From a virus, in the IMG/VR virus record IMGVR_UViG_3300025085_000010, positions 1 to 64,000 of that record: 64,000 nucleotides of DNA, one strand, 5' to 3'. A program made the translations under genes and the position numbers. Below the pieces are notes generated by a model. The model made no database searches. It saw only the letters and a list, made by a program, of their open reading frames with translations, and was not told the DNA's origin. This document shows, one piece after another, positions 35,051-44,607 of this stretch. The stretch's first letter is position 1. Every line of letters begins with the position of its first letter.

Positions 35051-36829
35051 TTGATGGCTAAGAACGGACGCTGCCCTGCAGGACAATACTACTGTTATAC
35101 TGATAAAGTATGCAAACCAATTCCTAAGGGATTTAGGGTTGTAGGACCTTCTGGAATGCTTCGTAAAGAAAATGGTCATTCTGTGGATGACAATACCGAA
35201 ACCAAAAAGAATGGTAACGGTAATGGAAATGGTAATGGTAATGGTGGAGGAGTAAGTGAATCGAAAAGTGGTGATTCTTCTCTGCGTGACTGGTTTGGCA
35301 AGAGTAAGTCTAGTGATGGCAAGCCTGGTTGGGTTCAACTGGGTGGGAAATACTCTGGAAAACCTTGTGCCAAGCAACCAGGACAAACCACAAAGCCAAA
35401 GTGCGGTTCTTCAAAAATGAAACGCAATCTCTCTAAAGATGAGGAACAAGCAGCGTTTCGTAGAAAGAATAAAAAAGATCCAAATCCAAATAGATCAGGG
35501 AAGGCAATTAACGTGAATACTGAAGAATTTACAACACTACCTTTACAGATAGAAATCCCAGATAATATTAGAGATTTCAATCTTGGACTTATGTTCCGTG
35601 AAAGTTTGGATATAAACAGTGGTATGCTCTTTATTTTTAATGAAGTGGCAGACCAGTCATTTCATATGACTGAAACAAAAATTCCTCTTGATATTGCTTT
35701 TATTAGAGAGGATGGCATAATCGAAAGTATTAAACAATTAGAACCATATGACGAGAACCCAGTTGCCTCAGATGGAGAGGTTCTGTGTGCATTAGAAGTA
35801 AATCGTGGATGGTTCGCGGAAAATAATGTAGAAGTGGGTGACGTGATTGATATTGAGGAAGGCGAGAAAGATGCTTGCTACCATAAAGTCAAATCACGTT
35901 ATAAAGTTTGGCCAAGTGCATATGCGTCAGGAGCACTAGTCAAATGTCGTAAGAAAGGTGCTGCTAATTGGGGTAATAGCACAAAGAAGGAAGAAACTGA
36001 AATTAAAGAGAGTCACAAGAATCCTGAAAGTGTGAAAGGTATTGCCAAGGAACTTGATAAGGCTGTCGAGATGCACAAGAGTCAGGCAAAAAGACTCAGA
36101 AAATCTGGTGTATCTGAAGCATGTTGGAAAGGTTATGAAAAGAAAGGTATGAAGACCATGTTTGGAAAGAGATATCCAAACTGTGTTAAGAAAACCAAGA
36201 AAGAAGAAGTTGAACTTATTGATGAAAAGAAAGGATGCAACCACACTCATGAAGGTAAAGACTGTCCTGTTCATGGAATGTCTCCATGTGATGGACCTCA
36301 AGGTGGAAATGGAGGAAAACCAGGTCCAGATAAAAATTATGTAAAACCTATGGGCGAATCCATAGATGAGGCAGTTAGAGTTCCAGCAAAGACTGGAAAC
36401 ATCATCGATACTTATTTCAACTATAGAGGTAAGTATTATGCTTTAAAGATGTTCTTCCCTCAAATCTCAGTACCCAAAAAATCTGATGTTCAAGATCAGG
36501 TTTCTAAAGTATATCCTGGCGCGAAACTATTAACTTTTAACGTTTCAAGCTATGTACCAGGGCAACCACTCCTTCACGTCGAAGGAGCAGCATGGACGAA
36601 AAAATCAGGAAAAAATAAAGAAGGTGGACTCAACGAAAAAGGACGAAAGTCTTATGAAGCGCAAAATCCAGGATCTGACCTTAAAGCACCAAGCAAGAAG
36701 GTTGGAAATCCCAGGAGGGCATCCTTCTGCGCTAGAATGAAGGGAATGAAAAAGAAACTGACTTCATCGAAAACTGCAAACGATCCAGATAGCAGAATCA
36801 ATAAGTCACTTAGAAAGTGGAATTGCTGA
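35051..36829 (+). CDS. Modular basic, Cys-rich protein containing a DUF192-like domain (592 aa)
   Basis: GLMFRESL....GMLFIF.......FHM.ETKIPLDIAFI...ALEVNRGW......VGD is DUF192-like. Flanked by short K/C-rich modules. GATAAATA at 35024-35031 and AAGGAG upstream. Confidence 0.75.
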   Translation: MMAKNGRCPAGQYYCYTDKVCKPIPKGFRVVGPSGMLRKENGHSVDDNTETKKNGNGNGNGNGNGGGVSESKSGDSSLRDWFGKSKSSDGKPGWVQLGGKYSGKPCAKQPGQTTKPKCGSSKMKRNLSKDEEQAAFRRKNKKDPNPNRSGKAINVNTEEFTTLPLQIEIPDNIRDFNLGLMFRESLDINSGMLFIFNEVADQSFHMTETKIPLDIAFIREDGIIESIKQLEPYDENPVASDGEVLCALEVNRGWFAENNVEVGDVIDIEEGEKDACYHKVKSRYKVWPSAYASGALVKCRKKGAANWGNSTKKEETEIKESHKNPESVKGIAKELDKAVEMHKSQAKRLRKSGVSEACWKGYEKKGMKTMFGKRYPNCVKKTKKEEVELIDEKKGCNHTHEGKDCPVHGMSPCDGPQGGNGGKPGPDKNYVKPMGESIDEAVRVPAKTGNIIDTYFNYRGKYYALKMFFPQISVPKKSDVQDQVSKVYPGAKLLTFNVSSYVPGQPLLHVEGAAWTKKSGKNKEGGLNEKGRKSYEAQNPGSDLKAPSKKVGNPRRASFCARMKGMKKKLTSSKTANDPDSRINKSLRKWNC

Positions 36830-36836
36830 GTAATTT

Positions 36837-38486
36837 ATGTCTGATAATGTATACCTTGGCAATCCCAATCTAAAAAAAGCAAATACTGCAATTGAATTTA
36901 CTCAAGATCAAATCTATGAGTTTATGAGATGCAAAGAGAATCCTGTTTATTTTGCTAATAACTATGTTAAGATTATTTCTCTTGATGAGGGTCTGACTCA
37001 ATTTCACCCATATCACTTTCAAGAGAAGTTAATCAATAACTTCCACAATAACAGATTCAATATCTGTAAGATGCCACGTCAGACTGGTAAGTCTACTACT
37101 GTGGTATCGTATCTTTTGCACTATGCAGTATTCAACGATAGTGTTAATATTGGTATCCTTGCAAACAAAGCAGCAACTGCTAGAGAACTTCTAGGAAGGT
37201 TACAGACTGCATATGAGAACTTGCCCAAATGGATGCAGCAGGGTATTATTGCATGGAACAAAGGATCTCTGGAGTTAGAAAATGGCAGTAAGATATTGGC
37301 AGCTTCTACGTCTGCAAGTGCTGTCCGAGGCATGTCGTTTAACATTCTCTTCCTCGACGAATTCGCATTCGTTCCAAACCATGTTGCAGACTCGTTCTTT
37401 GCATCTGTTTATCCTACTATTACTTCTGGTAAAAACACCAAAGTAATTATCGTATCCACCCCACATGGTATGAATCACTTCTACCGTTTGTGGCATGATG
37501 CAGAAAAGAGTAAAAATGATTACATTCCCACAGATGTCCACTGGTCAGAAGTTCCAGGTAGGGATGAAAAGTGGAAAAAGACCACTATTAAAAACACTTC
37601 AGAAGCACAGTTTAAAGTTGAGTTTGAATGTGAGTTCCTAGGATCAGTTGATACACTGATTGCACCAAGTAAATTGAGGACTCTTATCTATGATAATCCA
37701 ATCAAAAAGAATGCTGGATTAGATGTATATGAACCATCTCAAGAGAAGCATGATTATGTGATGACAGTTGACGTTGCAAGAGGAGTTGGAGAAGACTACT
37801 CTGCATTTGTTGTTGTTGATATCACAGAGTTTCCTCATAGAGTCGTAGCAAAATATAGAAATAATGATATTAAACCGATGTTATTTCCCAATATCATCTA
37901 TGAAGTAGCAAAGAGTTATAATAGTGCCTTTATCTTATGTGAGGTAAATGATATTGGAGATCAAGTTGCAAGTATTCTTCAATATGATTTGGAATATCAG
38001 AACCTATTGATGTGTTCTATGAGAGGTAGAGCAGGTCAGATTGTTGGACAGGGATTCTCCGGTAAGAAAACACAACTTGGCGTCAAAATGTCCAAGACTG
38101 TAAAAAAAGTTGGATCACTTAATCTCAAGACTCTTATTGAAGAAAATAAACTTATCTTTAATGACTATGAGATTATTTCCGAGTTAACAACATTCATCTC
38201 AAAGCATAATTCATTTGAAGCAGAAGAAGGTTGTAATGATGACTTAGCGATGTGTCTTGTCATTTATGCATGGTTAGTCCAGATGGACTACTTCAAAGAA
38301 CTGACAGACCAAGATGTTCGTAAAAGATTATATGAAGAACAAAAGAATCAAATTGAACAGGACATGGCTCCATTTGGATTTATAGATGATGGTTTAGACG
38401 ATGAGAGTTTCTCTGATGGTAATGATAGATGGTTTAAAGCAGATGAATATGGAGATAGATCATTTATGTGGGAATACCTTTCTTAA
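36837..38486 (+). CDS. gp17: Terminase large subunit gp17
   Basis: YLGNPNLK, Walker A PRQTGKSTT, Walker B ILFLDEFAF, STPHG, and nuclease DVARG...DYS...DDL. Confidence 0.97.
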   Translation: MSDNVYLGNPNLKKANTAIEFTQDQIYEFMRCKENPVYFANNYVKIISLDEGLTQFHPYHFQEKLINNFHNNRFNICKMPRQTGKSTTVVSYLLHYAVFNDSVNIGILANKAATARELLGRLQTAYENLPKWMQQGIIAWNKGSLELENGSKILAASTSASAVRGMSFNILFLDEFAFVPNHVADSFFASVYPTITSGKNTKVIIVSTPHGMNHFYRLWHDAEKSKNDYIPTDVHWSEVPGRDEKWKKTTIKNTSEAQFKVEFECEFLGSVDTLIAPSKLRTLIYDNPIKKNAGLDVYEPSQEKHDYVMTVDVARGVGEDYSAFVVVDITEFPHRVVAKYRNNDIKPMLFPNIIYEVAKSYNSAFILCEVNDIGDQVASILQYDLEYQNLLMCSMRGRAGQIVGQGFSGKKTQLGVKMSKTVKKVGSLNLKTLIEENKLIFNDYEIISELTTFISKHNSFEAEEGCNDDLAMCLVIYAWLVQMDYFKELTDQDVRKRLYEEQKNQIEQDMAPFGFIDDGLDDESFSDGNDRWFKADEYGDRSFMWEYLS

Positions 38487-38707
38487 TGGATTTAGATGGT
38501 CAGATAAAACTTGGACATCTTCTTTTGCAAGATAGAAAATGTAGATCGTGTGGTGAGATAAAAAATTTAGTAGAAGATTTTTATAGAACAAGAAAGGATA
38601 GAGGACCAGTTGCCTCATCATATTCTTATGAATGTAAAGACTGTACAATAAAAAGAATCATGGCAAACAAAAGATCAGACAATCGATGGGAATACCCAGA
38701 TTGGTAG
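38486..38707 (+). CDS. Small zinc-finger protein (CxxC...CxxC)
   Basis: RKCRSCGEIKNL..DFY......YECKDC. The ATG at 38486 overlaps the gp17 TAA (track start 38468). Confidence 0.75.
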   Translation: MDLDGQIKLGHLLLQDRKCRSCGEIKNLVEDFYRTRKDRGPVASSYSYECKDCTIKRIMANKRSDNRWEYPDW

Positions 38708-38743
38708 TTCACGTCACGTTTCCCCTGTGAAAACACTCTTTTT

Positions 38744-38751
38744 AATAAATA
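38744..38751 (+). promoter_or_regulatory. Late promoter for gp18
   Basis: AATAAATA upstream of the GGAGAG SD and ATG 38785. Confidence 0.75.
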
Positions 38752-38784
38752 TTTTGAGATACACTGAGATCCACGGAGAGAAAC

Positions 38785-41004
38785 ATGGCGACTCCTCAAT
38801 TATCTCCTGGCGTACTAGTCAGGGAAGTTGACCTTACAGTAGGGAGAGCTGATAATGTCTTAGATAACATAGGTGCAATTGCTGGACCATTCAGAATTGG
38901 ACCTGTTGATGAACCAATTGATATTACTACTGAGCAAGAACTGATTGCAACCTTCGGTAAGCCTCTTTCAACTGACACTCAATATGAGTATTGGATGAGT
39001 GCTGCCAATTACCTCTCTTATGGGGGAATTCTAAAGGTAGTAAGAACAGGAAATACGAGCGACACCTTAATGGTGAACGCAAACGCAGGTGTTGGTATTG
39101 CATCAACTACCACACTTAAAATTAACAACTACGATGATTATCAGGAAAATCATAAGGAATCTGATACATCGTTCACATATGCAGCAAAGAACCCTGGAAC
39201 CTGGGGTAACGGACTGAAGGTTTGCTACATCGATGACTTTGCAGATCAGACTGTTGGTATCGCAACCACAAGTCTTGCAAACATCGGCGCAACTATCGGA
39301 TTCGGTGTTACTGCATCTCTTGATAATCAGGTTATTCCTGGTGCTGGTACAACTTCTGGATTCACTGGATTCCTGAAAGGTATCGTTGTTGGTCTTACCA
39401 CAGATGCAACAGGGGGAGACAGTAAGGTAGATGTCAAAATTGTTTCTCGCGTAGAAACAGTCGGTGGTGGTTCAACTGAAACAAAGATCGAATATCAAGA
39501 AGGTTTTGGTGGTGCATCATTTGGAACATCTGTTGCACTGAACTTCGTTGCTAATACTGGTGTTAATAGCACGGGCCCTGGCGCTGGCGCTATGACTCCT
39601 GGAACCTCAGTTGACTGGTATGATCAACAAACTCTTAATCTTACCAACGCAACGATTTCTTGGAAGTCAATTGCTCCAAGACCTACAACTAATATCTATG
39701 TTTCCGATAGAAACGGATATAATGATGGTATTCACATCGTTGTAGTTGACGATAAGGGATCAATCACAGGAATCAAGGGTAACTTGATTGAGAAGCACGT
39801 CAACCTTTCTAAGGCTGGAGATGCAATCTCTAACGTCAACGCTCCTCAGAGAATCTACTACAAGGATTACCTTCAAGACTTCTCTGATAACATTTATGCG
39901 GGTGCTAACCCATCTGAAGCATTTGATGCATACTACTTAACCAATCCAAGAGCAACCGGATTCTCAACTGACTTCACTGCAGTTACGACAGCAGACGGTC
40001 TGTTCGGTCTCGATGCACAGAACACAACGTATTCCGCACTTGGAAATGTTTCTTACACCTTCGGTGGAGGAAAAGATTATTCCGCAACTGGTGGAATGAG
40101 TGCATCTCTCGCAAGTTTGATCACTTCCTACAACCTCTTCGAGAACAAAGATGAGATCGAAGTTGATTATCTGATCATGGGTCCTGGATGTTCTACTAAG
40201 GAACAGTCTCAAGCAAAAGCAAACAAACTGATTGCACTTGCTACTGGCAGAAAGGACTGCATGGCTCTCATCGGACCACACAGAGGAGATCTGGTTGGTG
40301 TTACTAACACAAACACTCAAACCGATAATCTGATTGATTACTTTACAACCCTCACGTCTTCCTCCTACGCGGCATTTGACTCAGGTTATAAGTATCAATA
40401 TGATAGATTCAACAATCAGTTCCGCTATGTCCCTGCTAACGGAGACGTTGCTGGAATGATTTGTAGAACTGGAATCACAGCATTCCCATGGTTCTCGCCC
40501 GCAGGTCAGCAACGCGGCGTTATCAATAACGCTGTTAAACTGGCATACAATCCAACCAAGGCACAAAGAGATCGTCTCTATCCACAGAGAATTAACTCTT
40601 TCGTCACAACACCCGGTGTCGGAACGATCCTCTTCGGAGATAAGACCGCACTTGGTTACGCATCCGCCTTTGACAGAATCAACGTTCGTCGCTTGTTCCT
40701 CACTGTTGAGCAAGCCCTGGAGAGAGCAGCACAAGCACAACTCTTTGAACTGAATGATGATATCACAAGAGCAAACTTCAGAAACATCGTCGAACCATAT
40801 CTCCGCGATATCCAAGCGAAGAGAGGTCTCTACGGATTCCTGGTTGTTTGTGATACCACCAACAACACTCCAGATGTTATTGACAATAATGAATTCAGAG
40901 CAGACATCTTCCTGAAGCCTGCTAAGTCCATCAACTACGTCACCCTCACATTTGTCGCCACTAGAACTGGCGTCAGTTTTGAGGAAGTAGTTGGTAGAGT
41001 TTGA
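38785..41004 (+). CDS. gp18: Tail sheath protein gp18
   Basis: LSPGVLVREVDLT, PWFSPAG..RG, FGDKT, AFDRINVRRLF and KPAKSINYVTLTFVA. Confidence 0.97.
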   Translation: MATPQLSPGVLVREVDLTVGRADNVLDNIGAIAGPFRIGPVDEPIDITTEQELIATFGKPLSTDTQYEYWMSAANYLSYGGILKVVRTGNTSDTLMVNANAGVGIASTTTLKINNYDDYQENHKESDTSFTYAAKNPGTWGNGLKVCYIDDFADQTVGIATTSLANIGATIGFGVTASLDNQVIPGAGTTSGFTGFLKGIVVGLTTDATGGDSKVDVKIVSRVETVGGGSTETKIEYQEGFGGASFGTSVALNFVANTGVNSTGPGAGAMTPGTSVDWYDQQTLNLTNATISWKSIAPRPTTNIYVSDRNGYNDGIHIVVVDDKGSITGIKGNLIEKHVNLSKAGDAISNVNAPQRIYYKDYLQDFSDNIYAGANPSEAFDAYYLTNPRATGFSTDFTAVTTADGLFGLDAQNTTYSALGNVSYTFGGGKDYSATGGMSASLASLITSYNLFENKDEIEVDYLIMGPGCSTKEQSQAKANKLIALATGRKDCMALIGPHRGDLVGVTNTNTQTDNLIDYFTTLTSSSYAAFDSGYKYQYDRFNNQFRYVPANGDVAGMICRTGITAFPWFSPAGQQRGVINNAVKLAYNPTKAQRDRLYPQRINSFVTTPGVGTILFGDKTALGYASAFDRINVRRLFLTVEQALERAAQAQLFELNDDITRANFRNIVEPYLRDIQAKRGLYGFLVVCDTTNNTPDVIDNNEFRADIFLKPAKSINYVTLTFVATRTGVSFEEVVGRV

Positions 41005-41039
41005 TCACGATATCTAAATAACAAAAGGAGGATCAAAAA

Positions 41040-41648
41040 ATGGCCCAGTACAACACAATCGCTGATATCAGGAAGTCTCTTAATGGGGGCGGCGCACGCC
41101 CCAATCTATTTGAGGTTGACATTCCTGAGAACAGTCTCTTCAAATATATTGGAAGTGACTCCCAGTTAGATTCAAGAGTTCTTGTAAAAGCAGCTCAACT
41201 TCCTGCATCGAACGTTGCTTCAATCGACGTTCCTTTCAGAGGAAGAATCATGAAGGTTGCAGGTGATCGTACATTCGACACCTGGACAGTTACAGTTATT
41301 AACGACACTGACTTCAACCTTAGAACTGCATTCCAAAACTGGATGCAGGCTATTGCACAATATGCTGACGCATCTGGTGAAGCAGATCCACAGGCATATA
41401 AGTCAACCGCAACTGTTACCCAGTTGAAGAGAAAGTCTTCTAACTTAGGTCAGACATCTGACTCTGGTCTGGAAGCAGCATACACCTATGACTTCTTCGG
41501 TATTTTCCCAACTAATATCAGTGCTATCGACCTTTCATACGATACTGCTGATACGATTGAAGAATTCACTGTTGAATTCCAAGTCGATTATTGGGCACCT
41601 AAGGGTGTTAATGATACAATTGACGGAGCTCCTGGCGCAGGTGGTTGA
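41040..41648 (+). CDS. gp19: Tail tube protein gp19
   Basis: GARPNLFEV, VPFRGR..KVAGDRTFDTWTVTVIND and IEEFTVEFQ. TAAATA at 41015-41020 and SD AAGGAGG. Confidence 0.97.
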   Translation: MAQYNTIADIRKSLNGGGARPNLFEVDIPENSLFKYIGSDSQLDSRVLVKAAQLPASNVASIDVPFRGRIMKVAGDRTFDTWTVTVINDTDFNLRTAFQNWMQAIAQYADASGEADPQAYKSTATVTQLKRKSSNLGQTSDSGLEAAYTYDFFGIFPTNISAIDLSYDTADTIEEFTVEFQVDYWAPKGVNDTIDGAPGAGG

Positions 41649-41690
41649 TAATTTTGTCCCTAAATAGTAGGGCCAAATAAATTTGTAATA

Positions 41691-43358
41691 ATGTCGGGTA
41701 AGTTATTTGGGTTCTCGATAGAGGACACAGAACCACTATCTCCATCAGCGGTCAGTCCCGTTCCTCCTAATAATGAGGATGGGTCTGACCACTACATGAG
41801 TAGTGGTTTTTTTGGTTCTTATGTAGACATCGAAGGTGTATATCGCACTGAATTTGATCTCATCAAAAGATATCGTGAAATGGCACTTCATCCAGAGACG
41901 GATAGTGCTATTGAAGATATTGTTAACGAAGCTGTTGTTTCAGACTCCAACGATAGTCCAGTAGAGATTGAACTTTCAAATCTTAATGCTAGTGATGGTA
42001 TTAAGAGCAAGATTCGTAAAGAGTTTAAGTACATTCTTGATCTTTTAGATTTTGATAAAAAAGCGCACGAAATTTATAGAAACTGGTATATTGACGGGCG
42101 TATTTACTATCATAAAATTATCGACTTAAAGAAACCCGAAGACGGTATTCAAGAGTTGCGTTATATTGACGCTATGAAGATGCGTTATGTAAGGCAGCAA
42201 AAGAAGAAACCAAACGATGGAAAAAATAATCAATTAGTAAATCTTAGAAGTAATGATCCTATGGATTATGACTTTCCTGAGATCGAAGAATATTTCATCT
42301 ATAATCCAAAATCTCAATATCCAACTGGCAACCCATCAGCAACCGGTGCAAGTCAAGGAATTAAAATTGCAAGAGATGCAATCACGTATTGTACATCTGG
42401 TCTTGTAGATCGTAACAAAGGATCAACGCTTTCGTATCTTCATAAAGCCATTAAATCCATCAATCAACTTAGAATGATTGAGGATTCACTGGTCATCTAT
42501 AGATTGTCCCGTGCTCCAGAGCGTAGAATCTTTTACATCGATGTTGGTAATCTGCCTAAGATGAAGGCAGAGCAATATCTACGTGATGTGATGATGCGTT
42601 ATCGCAACAAACTAGTATACGATGCAAACACAGGAGAAATCCGTGATGACAAAAAATCCATGGCGATGCTTGAAGACTTCTGGCTTCCCAGGCGTGAGGG
42701 TGGAAGAGGAACTGAAATCACCACTCTCCCTGGCGGACAAAACCTGGGCGAAATCACTGATATTGAGTATTTTAAAAAGAAACTCTACCGTTCACTTAAC
42801 GTCCCTCCATCTAGAATGGATGGAGAAGGTGGGTTTAACTTGGGGAGATCTTCTGAGATCTTAAGAGATGAACTTAAGTTCACCAAGTTTGTTTCTCGTT
42901 TAAGAAAGAGATTCTCCAACATGTTTAATGACATGCTGAAGACCCAATTGATCCTAAAGAATGTAATTACTCCTGAAGATTGGGAGGTTATGAGTGAGCA
43001 TATTCAGTATGATTTCCTTTATGATAATCACTTCTCTGAACTGAAAGAAGCAGAGTTGATGAATGAAAGATTGACTCTAGCTGCAACTGCAGAACCATAT
43101 ATTGGTAAGTATTACTCACAAGATTATGTTCGCCGTAAGATTCTGCGTCAAACTGATGTGGAAATTATTGAACAGGATAAATTGATTGAGGATGAAATCA
43201 AAAAAGGTATCATTCCTGATCCAAGTATACCTGTAGATCCTGAAACTGGGCAACCTTTGGATGCAGCAACTATGGATTTAGGAAAACCTCAAATGGAACC
43301 TGATATTGATGGATCTTCGACTGAAGCACCAGAGATGCCCAAGGGTGGTGAAATATAA
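41691..43358 (+). CDS. gp20: Portal vertex protein gp20
   Basis: YRLSRAPERRIFYIDVGNLPK.KAEQY and EDFWLPRREGGRGTEITTLPGG. TAAATA at 41661-41666. Confidence 0.98.
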   Translation: MSGKLFGFSIEDTEPLSPSAVSPVPPNNEDGSDHYMSSGFFGSYVDIEGVYRTEFDLIKRYREMALHPETDSAIEDIVNEAVVSDSNDSPVEIELSNLNASDGIKSKIRKEFKYILDLLDFDKKAHEIYRNWYIDGRIYYHKIIDLKKPEDGIQELRYIDAMKMRYVRQQKKKPNDGKNNQLVNLRSNDPMDYDFPEIEEYFIYNPKSQYPTGNPSATGASQGIKIARDAITYCTSGLVDRNKGSTLSYLHKAIKSINQLRMIEDSLVIYRLSRAPERRIFYIDVGNLPKMKAEQYLRDVMMRYRNKLVYDANTGEIRDDKKSMAMLEDFWLPRREGGRGTEITTLPGGQNLGEITDIEYFKKKLYRSLNVPPSRMDGEGGFNLGRSSEILRDELKFTKFVSRLRKRFSNMFNDMLKTQLILKNVITPEDWEVMSEHIQYDFLYDNHFSELKEAELMNERLTLAATAEPYIGKYYSQDYVRRKILRQTDVEIIEQDKLIEDEIKKGIIPDPSIPVDPETGQPLDAATMDLGKPQMEPDIDGSSTEAPEMPKGGEI

Positions 43359-43387
43359 ATATATCTAGTTGTTTACTATACAATTAA

Positions 43388-43597
43388 ATGGATGACCTTT
43401 TAGATATGATTATTGCGGATGAGTCACCATCTCAAATCAGTGATGCACTTAAAGATGTTCTTTATGCAAAATCAGCTGAGAGAGTTGATGCATTTCGCCC
43501 TATGGTAGCTAATGCTTCTTTTGGTGGAGAAGATATTGAAGTCGAAACCGAGATCGAAGTTGATGATGAATCTATTGAAACCACAGATGGTGTCTGA
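43388..43597 (+). CDS. Small acidic prohead-core-like protein
   Basis: Highly acidic 69-aa ORF between gp20 and gp21 (position of T4 gp67/68). TATAAATA at 43354-43361. Confidence 0.65.
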   Translation: MDDLLDMIIADESPSQISDALKDVLYAKSAERVDAFRPMVANASFGGEDIEVETEIEVDDESIETTDGV

Positions 43598-43634
43598 TAA
43601 TTATAAATAACTCATATTAGGAATTTATAAGAAA

Positions 43635-43904
43635 ATGGCTACCAGAGCATTAGTACTTGGTAATGAGATTGCAGTTCCAACTGTAGCGGGATCAGCAACT
43701 TCTTTTACACAGGCAACTGTGATCAGAGTTGTTAATGTTTCTGGGAGCAGTGGAACCATCGGAGTATGTACCGTTGTTGGTGCTGCCACTACTAACTTTA
43801 TAACTGTTCCAGATGGAACTGTTGAATATGTTGAAAAAAAATCAACCGATGTTTGTTATGGTACAGGAACTTTAAGAGCTGCAAAAGTAGGATTCACAGG
43901 TTAA
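43635..43904 (+). CDS. Small beta-rich virion-associated hypothetical protein
   Basis: 89 aa, T/G/V-rich. Own late promoter TATAAATA at 43602-43609. Confidence 0.7.
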   Translation: MATRALVLGNEIAVPTVAGSATSFTQATVIRVVNVSGSSGTIGVCTVVGAATTNFITVPDGTVEYVEKKSTDVCYGTGTLRAAKVGFTG

Positions 43905-43908
43905 TCAA

Positions 43909-44559
43909 ATGAAACTTATCAGGGAAGAAATAGAATCAGTAGAGTTTCTTGTCGAACAAAAGAACGGCAAGAAATCTATGTATATTGAGGGAGTTTTCCT
44001 TCAGGGTAACATCAAGAACCGTAATGGTCGTATGTATCCTATGGAAACTCTACGCCGTGAGGTTGGTCGTTATAATGAGTCGAATGTTCAGTCTGGTAGA
44101 GCACTCGGTGAACTTGGTCATCCTGATGGTCCTACCGTTAATCTCGATAGAGTCTCCCATAAAATCGTATCTCTGAAAGAGAGTGGATCCAACTTTGTTG
44201 GAAAAGCAAAGATTTTAAATACACCTATGGGTAAAATTGCATCTGCTTTGATAGAAGATGGCGTAAAACTCGGTGTTTCATCTCGTGGTATTGGTTCATT
44301 AAAGCAGACCCGTGAGGGTGTTAACATAGTCGGTGACGATTTTATGTTAGCAACTGCTGCTGATATCGTTGCTGATCCTTCTGCACCTGATGCTTTCGTT
44401 GAAGGCATTATGGAAGGTAAGGATTGGGTATGGGATGGAGGCATTCTTCGTGAGAAGTATGTAGAAAAAACTTACAGAGAAATCAACACTCTTGTAACTC
44501 AGAAACAACTTGACGAGAAAAAGTTAAATTTATTTAATGATTTCCTTGCGAATCTTTAG
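43909..44559 (+). CDS. gp21: Prohead protease gp21
   Basis: MKLIRE, YIEGVFLQ..IKNRNGRMYP, ALGELGHP, GVSSRGIGS and DIVADPSAPDAFV. Confidence 0.97.
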   Translation: MKLIREEIESVEFLVEQKNGKKSMYIEGVFLQGNIKNRNGRMYPMETLRREVGRYNESNVQSGRALGELGHPDGPTVNLDRVSHKIVSLKESGSNFVGKAKILNTPMGKIASALIEDGVKLGVSSRGIGSLKQTREGVNIVGDDFMLATAADIVADPSAPDAFVEGIMEGKDWVWDGGILREKYVEKTYREINTLVTQKQLDEKKLNLFNDFLANL

Positions 44560-44562
44560 TTT

Positions 44563-44574
44563 TATAAATAAATA
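44563..44574 (+). promoter_or_regulatory. Overlapping double late promoter for gp22-gp23
   Basis: TATAAATAAATA upstream of the GGAGAG SD. Confidence 0.75.
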
Positions 44575-44607
44575 TAGTTTTAATACGGAAACAAACGGAG
44601 AGTTAAA

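Noticed and set aside
35210-35250. AAYGGW hexamer repeat
   Set aside because: It is an in-frame Asn-Gly linker with synonymous variation, not a phase-variable or regulatory repeat.
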